A stretch of DNA of 64,000 nucleotides, taken from assembly GCF_963921235.1 (NCBI RefSeq), contig NC_086118.1, positions 16,990,001 through 17,054,000 of the forward strand, in the 5' to 3' direction. Positions 1 through 13,432 of the stretch are shown here, in pieces. Source of the stretch: Mobula hypostoma (lineage: Eukaryota). A program made the translations under genes and the position numbers. The stretch's first letter is position 1. Each line of letters opens with the position of its first letter. Below the pieces are notes generated by a model. That model searched no databases, was not told where the DNA came from, and saw only the letters and a list, made by a program, of their open reading frames with translations.

Positions 1-2745
1 CCCCGTTTATTCTCAGCCTGCAGATAGGATTCTCCTTCTTTTTGGATATCACCATACATTCTGTCTTTTCACAATTGATAAATAGACCCATTTCTGCACT
101 TTCTTCAACAATTATATCGATTAAATTTTGTAGTTCTTTCTCCGTACTTGCAATTAACACCGTGTCATCTGCATATCTGAAATTATTGATGTTTTCACCA
201 CCAACTTTGATTGCCAAGATGTCTCTTATTTTTTGTAATATTGTTTCATTGTACACATTAAATAAATCAGGGGAGAAAACACACACTTGTCTAACGCCTC
301 TCTTGATTTTCGTAAACTGACTCACTTCTCCATCTATTCTTACAGTGACAATTTGTTCCCAGTACAGATTTCTGATTAGGTGGAGGTCTTTCAAATCTAG
401 ATCTAGAGTTTTCTGTAATATTTCAAATAACTTATTGTGCTTCACTTTATAAAATGTTTTTGTGTAGTCAATAAAACAAACAAATCTTTTTGCACTTGAA
501 TAGCTCGTTCTGATAGTATCCTTAACATCAATATTGCATTTCTTGTGCCTTTGTCTTCCACAAAACCACACTGTTCTTTGCCTATTTCCGCTTGTATCTT
601 ACTTTTAGCTCTTGTCATCAAAATGCTTAGAAGTATCCTGGTGATATGACTCATGAAACTTATGGTCCTATGTAATTCACATTCTATTGCTCCAGGTTTC
701 TTAGGAAGAGTAATAAATACTGATTTTTTCATCTCTTCTGGTATTATTCCAGTCTCATAAATGTCATTGATTAAATCAGTAAGTTTTTCAATTCCACAAT
801 CTTCAAGGGCGATAATTTGTTCTATTACTAATTCATCAGGACCTGCTGCCTTTCCTTTCTTCATCTTATTTATTGCATTATGAACTTCAGATTTTAAAAT
901 ACTTGGACCTTCAATGTTTTTCTTAATTTCTGGTTTTTTGCCTCGATCGTCTTCAAACAATTCCTGAATATACTCAGTTCATCTGTTCATAATCTCATTT
1001 TTTTCCATGAAAATGGTACCATCCTTTGCTTTCAAACATCCACCTGAAGAACAGAGGAGCTTTTTACCAGTGATATTCTTGATTTGTTTTGGATCAGTAA
1101 CAGGGATTCTTTCTATTTGCTCACATTCCTGGTTTTACCATTCTTCTTTGGCTTTTTGACATAAGCTTTTAACTTTTTTATCTAAGGACTTATATTCTAT
1201 AGGATTTGCTTTCCTCTGTCTCTTTTCTTCCATTAGATTTTTGATTTCATCTGTCATCCATTTATTCTTTGTGCTTTTTTCTTTTTTAGGAATCACTGAC
1301 TTTGCTGATTCTACCAAGGCATCCTTTAGAGAATTAAATTTAATTTCTACATGATTGCTATGATCTTTAACAGATTCTATTTCTAGACTTTGAAATCTAT
1401 TCCTTACTTCAATTGTAAATTTTTGTCTTAAGTTTTCTTCTTTAATTAATTGCAAGTAGTCAAGGGATTGTTCAGGTTTTTGCTTCTTTAGTTTTTTAAG
1501 TTCTACTTTTACATGACATACTACTGGGTTATGGTCACTATTAAGGTCTGCACCGGGATATGTTTTGCATTGAGTCACTGAGTTTCTAAATCTTTGGTTT
1601 ATAGTAATAAAGTCAATTTGATTTCTGGTGTTATCACCTGGACTTCACCAGGTCCACAAGCGTTTTGGATGGTTTTTAAAGTAGGCACTGTATTCATAAT
1701 GACCTGATTATTCATCTTGCACCATTCTACCCATTTCTCACCTCTTTCATTTCTTTCCCCAATCCAAATTTTCCTATGGTATTTCCATCAGCACCTTGTC
1801 CTACTTTAGCATTTAGATCTCCCATGACAATAACAATATCTTAAGATTTGCATCCATTCTTTGCTTGTTCAAGCTCTTCATAGAATTTAACTATATCCTC
1901 ATTTTTTCCATCTGTTGTTGGTGCATATACCTGCATATTTGCTAAATCAAATGGTTGTCCTCTGAATCTAACAAGGAGCACTCTTTCTGATATTGCCCAA
2001 TGTCCTAAAATACTTTTTGCTATATTTTCATCCATAAGAATTCCTACTCCATTAGTATGGGATGTTCCACAAGAATGAACTAGTGTTTTATTTCTAATCT
2101 GACATTTTCCAGCACCTATCCAACGAACTTCGCTAAATTCCATGATGTTAATCTTTCATCTTTCCATTTCATTTATCACATTGTCCAATCTTCCTGCTTG
2201 ATATAGGGTTCTTAAATTCCAAGTGGCAATAATTTTCTTTTGTGTTACATGAATTTTATGAGCAGTAGCTTAATGACGGTCAGAATCCCCTGCTGACCAG
2301 AATCAACCCTACCGAGCGAAGCATCTTCAGAATTGACTTGAAGATCCTCTTGACGCTGTTGTTGTGTAATACATTTTGTGAGTTTGACTATGGTTTTCTT
2401 TGCAAATTGCAACAGTGGTTTGCTATTGCCTACCGTTGGGCGAACTAAAGAAATTGCCATTTCTCTTCCCAAATGTTCATCTGCCTATACTATAGCTGTT
2501 GACATTTGAGGTCGTAGCTCATCCGTCTTCTCCATCATAAGTTCAGTTACTGATCCTGCCGGATCTTCCGTTGGCCTTCGCTCGTATCCTGAGCAGGAAC
2601 CCTTGCAGGTGCTACCGTTCCAGGTCAGAGCAATCCTGGGAGCAATGAATGACTAAGGGTAACTCCACTTTCCCCAAAGCTCTGAAAGTCCCCAGTCAGA
2701 GCCTCATCACCGGTTGCAGTTTAGAGTCATACGCAGGACTAACAC
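1..2745 (-). mobile_element. RTE-clade non-LTR retrotransposon (5' leader, APE endonuclease, N-terminal half of RT); frameshifted, 3' end runs off the window edge
   Basis: Minus-strand fragments: EVRWIGAG / SERVLLVRFRGQPFDLANMQVYAPT (APE, 1841-2143), ADLNSDHNPV (1135-1578), KAAGPDE...HRTISFMSHI...EQCGF (442-960), GVRQVCVFSPDLF and NFRYADDTVLIA near 150-300. A BovB-like AGCAAACCACT motif lies near 2415. Confidence 0.92.
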
Positions 2746-3289
2746 CAGAGGATGCTGAGATTGAAACGAACAGGGAGGGACTGAGCAGAGTTAAAAGGAG
2801 CTGCAGAATTATAAAATATCAGTTTGTATTAAATGTATAAAAAGTGGAAAACGAAACAGGGGTAATACAAACAGTTCTGGAACAAATTACACAGCAAAAA
2901 CTATTTGCAAAGCATTGACTTACAGCAATCACAATTAAATATTTACTAGGGTTCAAAATTATCACATATACACTTTATGAGGTACATTATGAAGCGTATT
3001 ACAGAGAAGAAACTCTTTCTGCCAGCTAGATTTTGTCCTACTAAAGGACTAAGAATTAAGGCAATAGCATGAGAAATCAGAAAGCAAGTAAGAATTTCCC
3101 TCACCTCCCCACCCCTATCTGAGCCCATATGCTAACAGAATACTGAATAGCAAAATCTCATGAAGAGGACATTACAAGTCTACATGGGGTTAAGTGAGTG
3201 AGGTGGCAAAGATCTGACAAGTGGAGTTGAATGTAGGAAAGTGCAAAACTGCCTACTATGACAAAGAAAAAACTAAAACATATGTTACA

Positions 3290-3423
3290 AATGCAAGAAA
3301 ATTGCAGATACTAGAAATCCAAAGCAACACACACAAAATGCTTGAGGAACTCAGCAGGCCAGGCAGCATCTAGACAAATGAGTAAACAGTCAACGTTTCG
3401 GGCCGAGACTCTTCATCAGGAAA
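3290..3423 (-). mobile_element. Penelope-like element terminal fragment with a minimal hammerhead motif
   Basis: Homologous to the termini at 33993-34130 and 42897-43035. Minus strand reads CTGATGAagagtctcggcccGAAAcgtt. Confidence 0.8.
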
Positions 3424-4159
3424 TATATGTTATCTAATTAAGTCTGGGCATCCTACTGCAAGGAACAGGGAAAGGCAGCAATATATTATTATTTCAGGTC
3501 AAGACCCTGCATCAGGATTATGTATCACTTTGATCAATCCTTCCTCTTACTTGCCATTTTCCCTTTCCACTCTTACCCTTGATACAGGATCTCAATATAA
3601 GACCTTGACCACTCTTTGTCTCCATAGATACTGCTCTACTGTGGGGTTCTTTTGACAGTTTGTTTTTTCCCCTCCGGATTGCAGTTGCTTAAGTCCTTTA
3701 TTTCTCCAAAGTAATATTTATTGTAAGGAGAACTGAGTACAAAAATAAGAGACTCACTTCATTTGCATGAGACCACATCTGTAGCATTGTGTACAGTATT
3801 AGCCTCTGAATGTAACAATAATTCCTAAAGATGAAAGAATAGCTGTATTTGTCACATGTACATCCAAGCATTTAATAAAATGCATCATTTTCATCTTTAT
3901 ATCAACAACAAAAACAGTCTCAGGATTGTGCTGGGTGCCAGCCCATAAGTGTCACCATGCTTCTGGCACCAACATAGCATGCCCATAACTCAATAACCCG
4001 AAACATATGTCTTTGGAATATGGAAGGAAACTTCAGCCTTCAGAGAAAACCCATGCAGTCACGGGGAAAACAGACAAACTCCTTCCAGACAGCAATAGGA
4101 ATTGAACCCTGATAGGTGACCACCAGTTCTGTGAAATGACTGTGTTACCCTGCTGCCCT

Positions 4160-4660
4160 TAAAAGGTCGCTAATGCACTGGAAATGGTTCTCTGAAGGCT
4201 TTCTAGACTAACAACTAGAATGGGCAGGTTGTATTATGGGAAATAATATAGGTTTTACCTGTATCTGCTATTTAGAAGCGTGAAAAGTGACTTGACTGAA
4301 ATGTGAACCTGAGAGGTCTGGGCACGGTGGATATGGATAGGGTGGATATGGAGAGGGTGTGGGAGAACATAGAACTAAGGGTCTTTGATTCAAAATAAGG
4401 GATTGCCCTCTTAAAACCGAGATGTTGTGATTTTATTTCTCTTCTAGTCTCGAATCTCTGGACTGTCTTTCTATAAAGGGCAGAGGAAGCAGAGTCTTTG
4501 ACAGTATTTAAGGCAGAGATGGATAGATTCTTGATAAGCAAAGAAATGTGCTGATCGTAATGAGAAGATGCCTTTAGAATCAGATCAGCCATAATCTTAT
4601 TAAATGTTGGATCAGAATGAGAGGCAGAATGGCCTCCCCTTGCTCATAATCCATATGCTG
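4160..4660 (+). mobile_element. Old CR1 LINE 3' fragment
   Basis: Degenerate match to the CR1 3' end at 30411-30788 (tatttaaggcagagatggatagattcttg...agatcagccat...gaatggcct). Confidence 0.7.
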
Positions 4661-6342
4661 GTTTGTAATAAATCATGCAAAAGCATAGAGAAAACAGAAT
4701 CAAAATTAACAATTAGCTATGACTGGTACAATCACTAGGTCATCAAGGAAAAGACAGGAAAATTTAATTAATAGAAAAACTTTTACAAAGTTATATATGG
4801 TTATGGCGGATTAAATGGCCTCCTTCTAGTCTGGTTCATTCTCCAATTTTATTACTTTACAAAGTGCTGGAAAGGCACTGTAGAATCAATTTGGGTTTAA
4901 AGAACAATTTTGTTTTCTGGCAGTCCTTATGAAGCATTTGGAAAATAAAATCTATGATAACAGATGGGGAGAGCCAGATGAACTTTGACATAAACATTTT
5001 ATGTCCTTGTACACTTCACTCATTTGTGTCGGCCTTACTAAAACAAGCTGTGTATCATTTGTGTATGTGATATTTCACTTGTTTAGAAAAAAATGTTACA
5101 AATTTTCAACATTTTAAACGAAAATCAAGTGAAGAAAGGAAACCACACATTAAACACACACTATTATAAAATAATGCATCAAAGTAGCTTAATTTTTGTG
5201 TGCAATTTTCTCTCTTCCAATATTCCTAATGTCTCAGTTTATTGTTTATTCCAATTTAAAGTGAATGTGTTTGAAATGTGATTATTACTGCAACAAAGAA
5301 CTTTCAGAGATGGACCCACAACAGTGAAGAAATCATCAATGGGTAATAGGTTCTTCTGAAGAGTGTGCCAGTGATTTATATATTCCTCAAAAATAAGCCA
5401 AAGGAATGCAATTTTCAACATAATTCTTACAAATCGTTAATCATTTAGGTCTGAACATCAATGGCACCGAATTTGTTTGTTTGACATCTAATACTTGGAA
5501 ATATAATTTAAACTTCTGATTCATATGTCATCTAACAGAGATGTTAGAATTCCATGGGGAATTTTAGTAGCTTTTAGATTACATACATATTTGCAGAAAG
5601 CAATCTAGATTTACATTTACTGAAATTCTTTCTGATAGCTCATGGAGCCAGGGGAAATTAGTTTCCGAGTAATAATATCCATCTGAGCATCACTAGACCT
5701 CAATGACCCCAGCAGAGAGTGTCACATTGCTATATATTTTCTTCAAAGTCATGTGTTGGGGAATTCTTTTGCCAAACACAGAAATTCTTTGGTCTTTATC
5801 AAAAGAATTTTGTTTATAGCCCCTAAATAATTATTGTATCATGTCTATTTTGTGTCCTCTGTTCTTAGAAGCTGAAACACAGAAGTACAAAGAGCAATGC
5901 AAAGCATTAATCTACAATTCCTTTAAACAAGCATGGTTTACAAATAATGTTGGCCAACTACACTGAAATCTTCACAAGACAAGCAAGGCTGGTTTCAACA
6001 TGACAAAGACTCCAAACTGACCAAGTCCATGACTGTGCTGTTCAATCCAACACATGAATTGGGCAAGGTTTCCTTGAGTTTTACACTTACTGCTTTCTTT
6101 CAACCCATCGCCCCACTATAGTACTCGATTACATTATGGAAGCATCTTTTTCTCCCTGCTCTAACCAATGATCATCCCAAACACTCTAACCTCTGATTGC
6201 TAGCTCACAGCTCTGATCCTACTGAACTATAAGAGACCTCAATATCACTTACGATCTGCAACCTACCCAAATTCCTCAACTTATTCTCTAATGGCACCAA
6301 TTAATTCTGCAGAGAACTTCCAGACCATGACCTTTCTGATTA

Positions 6343-6750
6343 GTCATAGTCATACTTTATTGATCCCAAGGGAAACTGGTTTTTGTTACAGTTGCACCAT
6401 AAATAATTAAATAGTAATAAAACCATAAATAGTTAAATGGTAATATGTAAATTATGCCAGGAAATAAGTCCAGGACCAGCCTATTGGCTCGGGGTGTCTG
6501 ACCCTCCAAGGGAGGAGTTGTAAAGTTCGATGGCCACAGGCAGGAATTACTTCCTATGACGCTCAGTGTTGCATCTCGGTGGAATGAGTCTCTGGCTGAA
6601 TGTACTCCTGTGCCCAACCAGTATATTATGTAGTGGATAGGAGACATTGTCCAAGATGGCATGCAACTTGGACGGCATCCCCTTTTCAGACACCACCGTC
6701 AGAGAGTCCAGTTCCATCCCCACAACATCACTGGCCTTACGAATGAGTTG
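6343..6750 (-). mobile_element. Rex1/Babar-type LINE 3' fragment
   Basis: Highly similar to 58650-59060; has a (tagtca)n tail and encodes the post-RT C-terminal region. Confidence 0.85.
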
Positions 6751-7538
6751 AAATCCCGATACTCATTTCTCCGTACACACGTGAAGATATGATCAGAAGA
6801 TGCAGAGATTATTGTGAACTCCATCAAACACAGCTCATTGTCAGAATTCTGAGACTTTAAAATGACTTATGTCTATACTAATGGTTTATGTTTAATATGT
6901 AAAGTATAATCTGAAGAATACTGACATATGTTAGGGATTGAAATGTCATGGAATAATATGAACATTACAAGCATTAATTTAAATGAGAACCAGTCCACAG
7001 TTCTTAATGTAAATTGTAAATAGTGATCAATTTGAAATTAAAAGGGCAACCTTGTAAACAGAGAGGACAGTCTGTAGAACATAGACGAATGACCCACAGC
7101 ATATGGGGGTGGGGATTGTGGGGGTGCAGCTGCTCAAGAGGTACAGTTTGCAAAGGAAAGTGACCAGAGACATTCTCATCTGCATCAGCTGAATGCAAGA
7201 CAAAGGAGATATAGTAAATGGCCTACATCAAGCCTAGCAACACCAATATTTTGCACCGCTGTGGCTGAGATCGAAGAAACTTCCTGACCAGACTGAAATT
7301 ATTCCTGAGCACATCAAACATGGTCACGGCATATTTGCTCTATCAATAGTTGGGATAATTGTGCAGTCACTGAGGCAGCCCTCACAACGCTAACTTTGGG
7401 TGTCTGGGTTCTCGGTCCTCAAAAGCTTTTAGACCATTCATGTTAATTACTTTGCCTTGGCAAATATGTTTGGACATTCTCAACGGAAGCATTATAAGGC
7501 ACAAAATACTGAAATAAACGATAGCATTGTAGCTATTG

Positions 7539-7802
7539 GCCGGCTGGTGGCACAGTGACATCAGCGCCGGACTTCGGAGCGAAGGCTCCCGAATTCGACT
7601 CCATGTTGGGCCACCCCCGAGCCCACTTTCCATCCGTGCCAGGTTGAGCGTCGAGCTAGCCACTCGGCCTCGTAAAAAAAAACAAGGGTCGAGTCAGGAA
7701 CGTTCATATCGTGACCCGGTTAATCCGAAAGGAGACCAGTCCTGATACTATGCGCCACACAAGAATGGCTGACTGTCTGGTGCGACATGCTAGGAAGGAA
7801 GG
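7539..7802 (+). mobile_element. Young tRNA-derived SINE with a 13-bp TSD
   Basis: TSD ATTGTAGCTATTG at 7526-7538 and 7803-7815; A-box-like TGGCACAGTG, B-box-like GAATTCGACTCC, (AGGA)n tail; CpG-rich relative to its flanks. Confidence 0.85.
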
Positions 7803-10800
7803 ATTGTAGCTATTGAATCACTTGCTCTTAAGATTATACAAGTCTGACATACTTTGAGTTTGGGAAACTCTACTGAGAGGATCTCCAGGAAAATGTCTGC
7901 TTGTAGCAATGAATAAGAACCATTTATATCAACCAGCTTCGGTGTCACTCAGATGACTCAATTTACAGTCAGTATGCAATAGCAGATGGAAACCTATTTA
8001 AAGCATCAAACTGCAAGAAAGTACTTGCTAATCATAGTACTCCCCTTTTCATCCAGCTGCTGAAAGGTAAAATTGTATGGGTTTCTAATATTGAACTGCA
8101 ATCACATGATTCGATGAAGAATCCAATAATTCTAGATTATCTTCCCTTCAAGATTTGTTTTATTCAGTCTTGTGATGTAGGCAAAGCTCAAACGTCAATC
8201 ATTCCCAGTGGTGAAGGTATTCCAGCCCACCGGTGTTAGGTGAAAGTTGTCGTATGATTTGGTGGTGTACCTAGAAATTATGGAAACCCACTTGCTTCTT
8301 TCCAGATGAGGTTAGAGAGGTCCTATTTTAATAAAGACCAGAGATCCTGACCTTTAATAAAATTATCCAGTTACAATTGTCATCAGCTCTACAAAATACC
8401 CCTTTTAAATTTACCTATAGTATCTCCAATTTAATGTTCAAAGGGTAGATAAGAAAAATATTCACAAACTATAGAGATAAGAGCAGAATCTCTCCAATAT
8501 TTTCCTTCATATTTATATAAGAATTCCAGCCTACCTAAGATCACTGGAGCCAGTCCAACTTACTATTCAACTCAGATATTCAGTCAATTAGTGTCTCACC
8601 AAATCAATGTTGTCAATAGCTTTTCCGGGCAGATTAGCTGAGAAATCAAAGCATTAAGGAACTTCAAAACAAAAATGTATAGAGAGGACTTTTAATAAAA
8701 TTCAGTGAGAAGAATACTGTCGAGCAGAAATACCAAATTAAGTCTGGCCAAAGAGATGGCAATGCAGAATGACTTTCAATAAAGTTACATTAATGCTTTA
8801 ATTTCATGATGGATTTTTTAACAAGTAACTTTAGTGCAGCACTCACATATTGAAGTGTTTGCTGAAGAATGAATGTGTTGAAAGAGCATGTGAATCTAAA
8901 TAAGGTTTTAATCGCGAAGTATTTTAGTGAACATCATTTGACCAGTTTTTAAGAAATCAGGACATTTAGTTTACACCAATCTATAGTCCAAACCTAAAAG
9001 AAAAATGTAAGAATGAAATCAAAAATCACAGTATTTACAGAGACTTCAGCTACATTAAGCTCAGGGCCTTTCAGGGATTTTCGGCAATCATCGCAAACAG
9101 TCACTGATTGGCTGAGGCAGCATGATGTTTAAAGCAGGGCCTTTCAGAATTTTTCAGTGGGCTGCAATCACAACAATCTCTTAGACACTTGTCAAAACCC
9201 AATAAAAAGAAGCTTTGTGAAAGAGGTGAGGCCATTCTTGGAATGGACATTGTTAGAATGACCAGACTTTGGCTCAACAGGTGGAAGCTTTAAGTAAATC
9301 TCTGGTAAGATAATTTTTCACTTTCTTTGTCTATCAATATATATTGTTGCTAGTGTGGTGAGAACTGGTCCAGAATTAGTGGTATCTTCTTTGTGTGAGA
9401 TGTGGGAACTCTGTCACACCTCCAGTCTCCTGATAACTAATCTGCACCAAGTACATCGAGCTGCAGCTCCTTAGAGTCTAGGTTAAGGAACTGGATCTTC
9501 AGCTCAGTGATTTTCAGCTCATTCAAGAGAATGAGGAGGTAACAGATAGGAGCTACAGGAAGGTAATCACTCCTAAATTGCAGGAGGCAGGTAGCTGGGT
9601 GATTGTGAAAAGAGGGAACTGGAATAGGCAGCCAGTATAGAATTCCTCTTTGGCTGTTACCCTCAGTAGTAAGTATTCTGCATTGGATACTATTGGGGGG
9701 GGGGAATGACCCACTGGGGGAAGTTGCAATGACAAGAAGAGGAGGACTGTAGTAGCGATAGGAGATTCTATAGTTAGAGGGGCAGTCAGGAGATTCTATG
9801 GACATGAAAGAGGTGCGTTGTCTGCCAGGTATCAGGGTCACAGATGTCTCAGCTCAGGTCCAAGGCATTCTAAAGGGGGAGGGGTGAGCTGCTGGAAGTC
9901 ATTGGTACCAGTGACATAAATAGGAAAAGGGAGATGGTTCTGAAGTGAGAATATAAGGAGTTAGGTGAAAACCTGAAAAGCAAGACCTCCAGGGTAGTAA
10001 TCTCTAGATAGTTGTCTGTGCCACAAGTCAGTGAGTGTAAGAATAGAATGATTTCACAGATGAATGCGTAGCTGAGGAATTGGTGCAAGGGGCAAGATTT
10101 CAGATTCCTGGATCATTGGGATTTCTTCTGGGGAAGGTATGAATGATTCGATTCTTCATCGCGTCATGTGATTGCAGTTACAAAAAGGATGGGTTACAAC
10201 TGAACCCGAGGGGGAGCAATATCCTTGTGGACAAGTTTGCTAGAGCTATTGGAGAGGGTTTAAACTAATTTGGCAGGGGTGTGGGAACTGGACTGATAGG
10301 GTAGAGGATGGGAGAGTTGGCATTCAAGTAGATGCAGTATGTAATGAGAATGTGAGGAAGGACAGTGTCAAGAGGATAGCACACAATTGCGTTCAGCTGG
10401 ATGAATTGATGTGTAACATGGGAGCAAAATTGAAAAGATTTATGAATACAGTACTGAAGGTGTTATATTTGAATGCATGTAGTATACAATATCAAGTAGA
10501 TGATTTTGTAGCACAGCTAGAGACTGGCAGGTATGATGTTTTAGGCATCACTGAGATGTAGCTGAAAGAAGATCATAGTCAGGAGCTTAACAGCCAAGGA
10601 TACACATTATATTGAAAGGGCAGACAGGTAGGCAGAGTGGGTGAGGTGGCTTTGTAGGTAAAAAAAAATGAAATCAAATCCTTAGAAAGAGGTGACTTAG
10701 GATCGGAAGATGTAGAATCCTCGTGGGTAGAATTAAGAAACTGTAAGGGTAAAAAGACCCTAATGGTAGATATGTACTGGCCTCTGAACTATAGCCACAA

Positions 10801-10921
10801 TCTGGGGTACAAATTACAATGGGATTGGAAGTTCATGTAAAAAGGACAATATTATGATTGTCATTGGGGATTTCAACAGGCAGGTAGACTGGGAAAATCA
10901 GGTTGGTGCTGGATCCTAATA

Positions 10922-12452
10922 CAGGTATCCCCCGCTTTTCGAACTTTCGCTTTACAAAACCTCACTGTTACGAAATACCTACATTAGTACCCTGTTTTCA
11001 CTTTCAGAAGATGTTTTCACTGTTTCGAAGAAAGGAAGCGCGCGAAAAAATCGGCACACGATAAAAGGCAGTGCACACCCCGATCAGCCGCTCTCCCCCG
11101 GATTCAGAACGGCATTGCTTAAACACGTTGCATTGAGCAGCCATTAGCAAGATGAGTTCTAAGGTGTTGGAAAAGCCTGAAAGAGTAAGGGTGTTACACT
11201 TAGCGTAAAACTAGACATAATTAAGCGTTTCGATTATGGTGAACGAAGCAAGGGCAAAGTGAGTTTGGCTTGTGGAAGCTGATGAAGATGATGTTGAAGA
11301 GGTTTTGAAATCCCATGACCAAGAACTGATAGATGAAGAGCTGATGCAATCGGAAGAAGAAAGGATAACAATCGAAACTGAATGCAGTAGCAAACTAAAT
11401 GTGAAGCAACTGCGTGAGATTTTCGTTGCAATGATAAAGTACGACTTTAATTTTGAAAGGGTACGTAGATTTAGGGAATATTTGCAGGATGGTTTGAGTA
11501 CTTACAAACAACTATATGATAGAAAAATGCGCGAGGCTTAGCAGTCAAGCAAGCCTTCCACATCAGCCACAGCAGACGACGAACCTCGATCTTCGACATC
11601 GAGGCGGGCAGTCAAAGGAAAAGATGAGCTGCCTGCTCTAATGGAAACAGACGATGAGATGACACCCCCGTGTCCCACCACCCCAACCCGCAGGCCCCGG
11701 ACAGATACTGTACCGATTCGCGGAGAATGCAGCGGTAGCCGGGAGGCACACAGCACATCTTTAAGAAAAAAGCCGAAATAAACATGCTAATTAATTACGT
11801 GCTAGGCAACACCTAATTAATTAGCTTGTTTATTTGGGCTTTTATCTTAAAGATGTGCTGTGTGCCTCCCGGCTACCACTGCGCTCTTCACGGCAACGTA
11901 TCGGTCGGCAGCCTGGAGGGTGGGGGCCACTGCACCACCCCAACCTGCGACGACTCAGTCTAACACACCATCATCAGTGTGCTTGGCGCTGTTTTCCCAA
12001 TTCCGGTAAGTGATACTACACTGTACATACATTATTTCTACTTTATATCGGCTGTGTATTTTTAAGTGTTATTTGGTAGATTTGGCAGCTTCATAGTTTA
12101 AAGGTTACTGGAGAGCGCGTTTATGCCAACAGCGCTTGCGTGAGATTTTCTGCCAAGAGCGCTTGCGTGAGATTTTCGCTACGGAGATCTGTACAGACAA
12201 TCATTGTAGAGGAGTAGTTCTACTTCATATAGGCTGTGTATTTATCATATCATTCCTGCTTTTACTATATGTTACTGTTATTTTAGGTTTTACATGTTAC
12301 TTGGCATGATTTGGTAGGTTATTTTTGGGTCTGCGAACACTCACAAAGTTTTCCCATATAAATAAATGGTAATTGCTTCTTCGCTTTACGACATTTCAGC
12401 TTACGAACCATTTCATAGGAACGCTCTACCTTCGGATGGCGGGGGAAACCTG
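10922..12452 (+). mobile_element. Tigger/pogo-family DNA transposon, internally deleted
   Basis: TA duplications at 10920-10921 and 12453-12454; terminal inverted repeats (TIRs) CAGGTATCCCCCGC and GCGGGGGAAACCTG. An N-terminal HTH remnant (VTLSVKLDIIKRFDYGERSK) directly adjoins the acidic C-terminus (EDDVEEVLKSHDQEL, ORF 11272-11541); the catalytic domain is absent. Confidence 0.88.
11729..11882. repeat. Long inverted repeat (about 70-bp arms) inside the Tigger derivative
   Basis: ggtagccgggaggcacacagcacatctttaaga...ctaattaatta pairs with taattaattag...tcttaaagatgtgctgtgtgcctcccggctacc. Confidence 0.9.
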
Positions 12453-13432
12453 TACCGGTAATTTGTAGAATGCCAAAGAGATGCCTTTCTAGAGTAGCTT
12501 GTTGCTGAGCTCACTGAGGGAAAGGCAATTCTGGAGTGGGTGTTGTGTAATGAACAGATTTATTTCGGGAGTTTCAGAAAATGAACCTCTCAGGAGATGG
12601 TGATCATAATATGACAGAATTCACACTGTAGTGTGAGAGGAAGAAGCTAAGGTCAGATGTATCAGTATTAGAGTGGTGTAAGGGGAATTACAGAAGCACG
12701 AGAGAGGAGCTGACCGAAGTTGATTGGAAGGGATCACTGGCAGGGATGTCAATAGAACAGCAATGACTGGAGTTCTGGGAGCAATTCAGATAGCGCAGGA
12801 TAGATACATTTCAAAAGAGAATAAATATTCTGAAGAGAAGATGACCCAACCGTGGCTGATGAGGTAAGTCAAAGACAGCATAAAGGAAAAACAGTGGGAA
12901 TATAATATTGCAAATATTAGTGTGAAGTTAGAGAATTGGGGAGCTTTAAAAACAAACAGAAGATTACTAAAAAGCCATAAAGAGAGAAAAGATGAAATAT
13001 GAATGCAAGTTAGCTAATAATATAAAAGAAGATACCAAAAGCTTTTCTCAGATATATAAAAAGTAAAAGGAGAAGTGAGAGTGGACATTGGATGCATACA
13101 ACGAAATGAGAGACAAACTTAATAGATAAGTATTTTGTGTCATTCTTCACTGTTGAAGATACTATCACAGAATGCCAGAAATTTGAGAGTGTCAGGGAGC
13201 AGAAGGAAGTGTAGCTGCTCTTTCTAAGGAGAAGGTGCTTGAGAAGCTGAAAAGTCTGAAGGTAGGTAAGTCACCTGGACCAGATGAACTACACTCGATA
13301 CTCTGAAAGAGGCAGCTGAAGAGATTGTGGAGGCACTAGTAATGATCTTTCAAGAATCACTAGGTTCTCAAATTGTTCTGGAGGACTGGAAAATTGCAAA
13401 TGTTACTGCACTCTTTAAGAAGGGAGGAAGGC

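Noticed and set aside
3490..3690. Additional hammerheads in old Penelope remnants
   Set aside because: The catalytic core is too degenerate (CTGATGC, TTGATAC) to call.
7539..7610. tRNA gene
   Set aside because: No complete cloverleaf could be built; the head continues into a SINE body bounded by a TSD.
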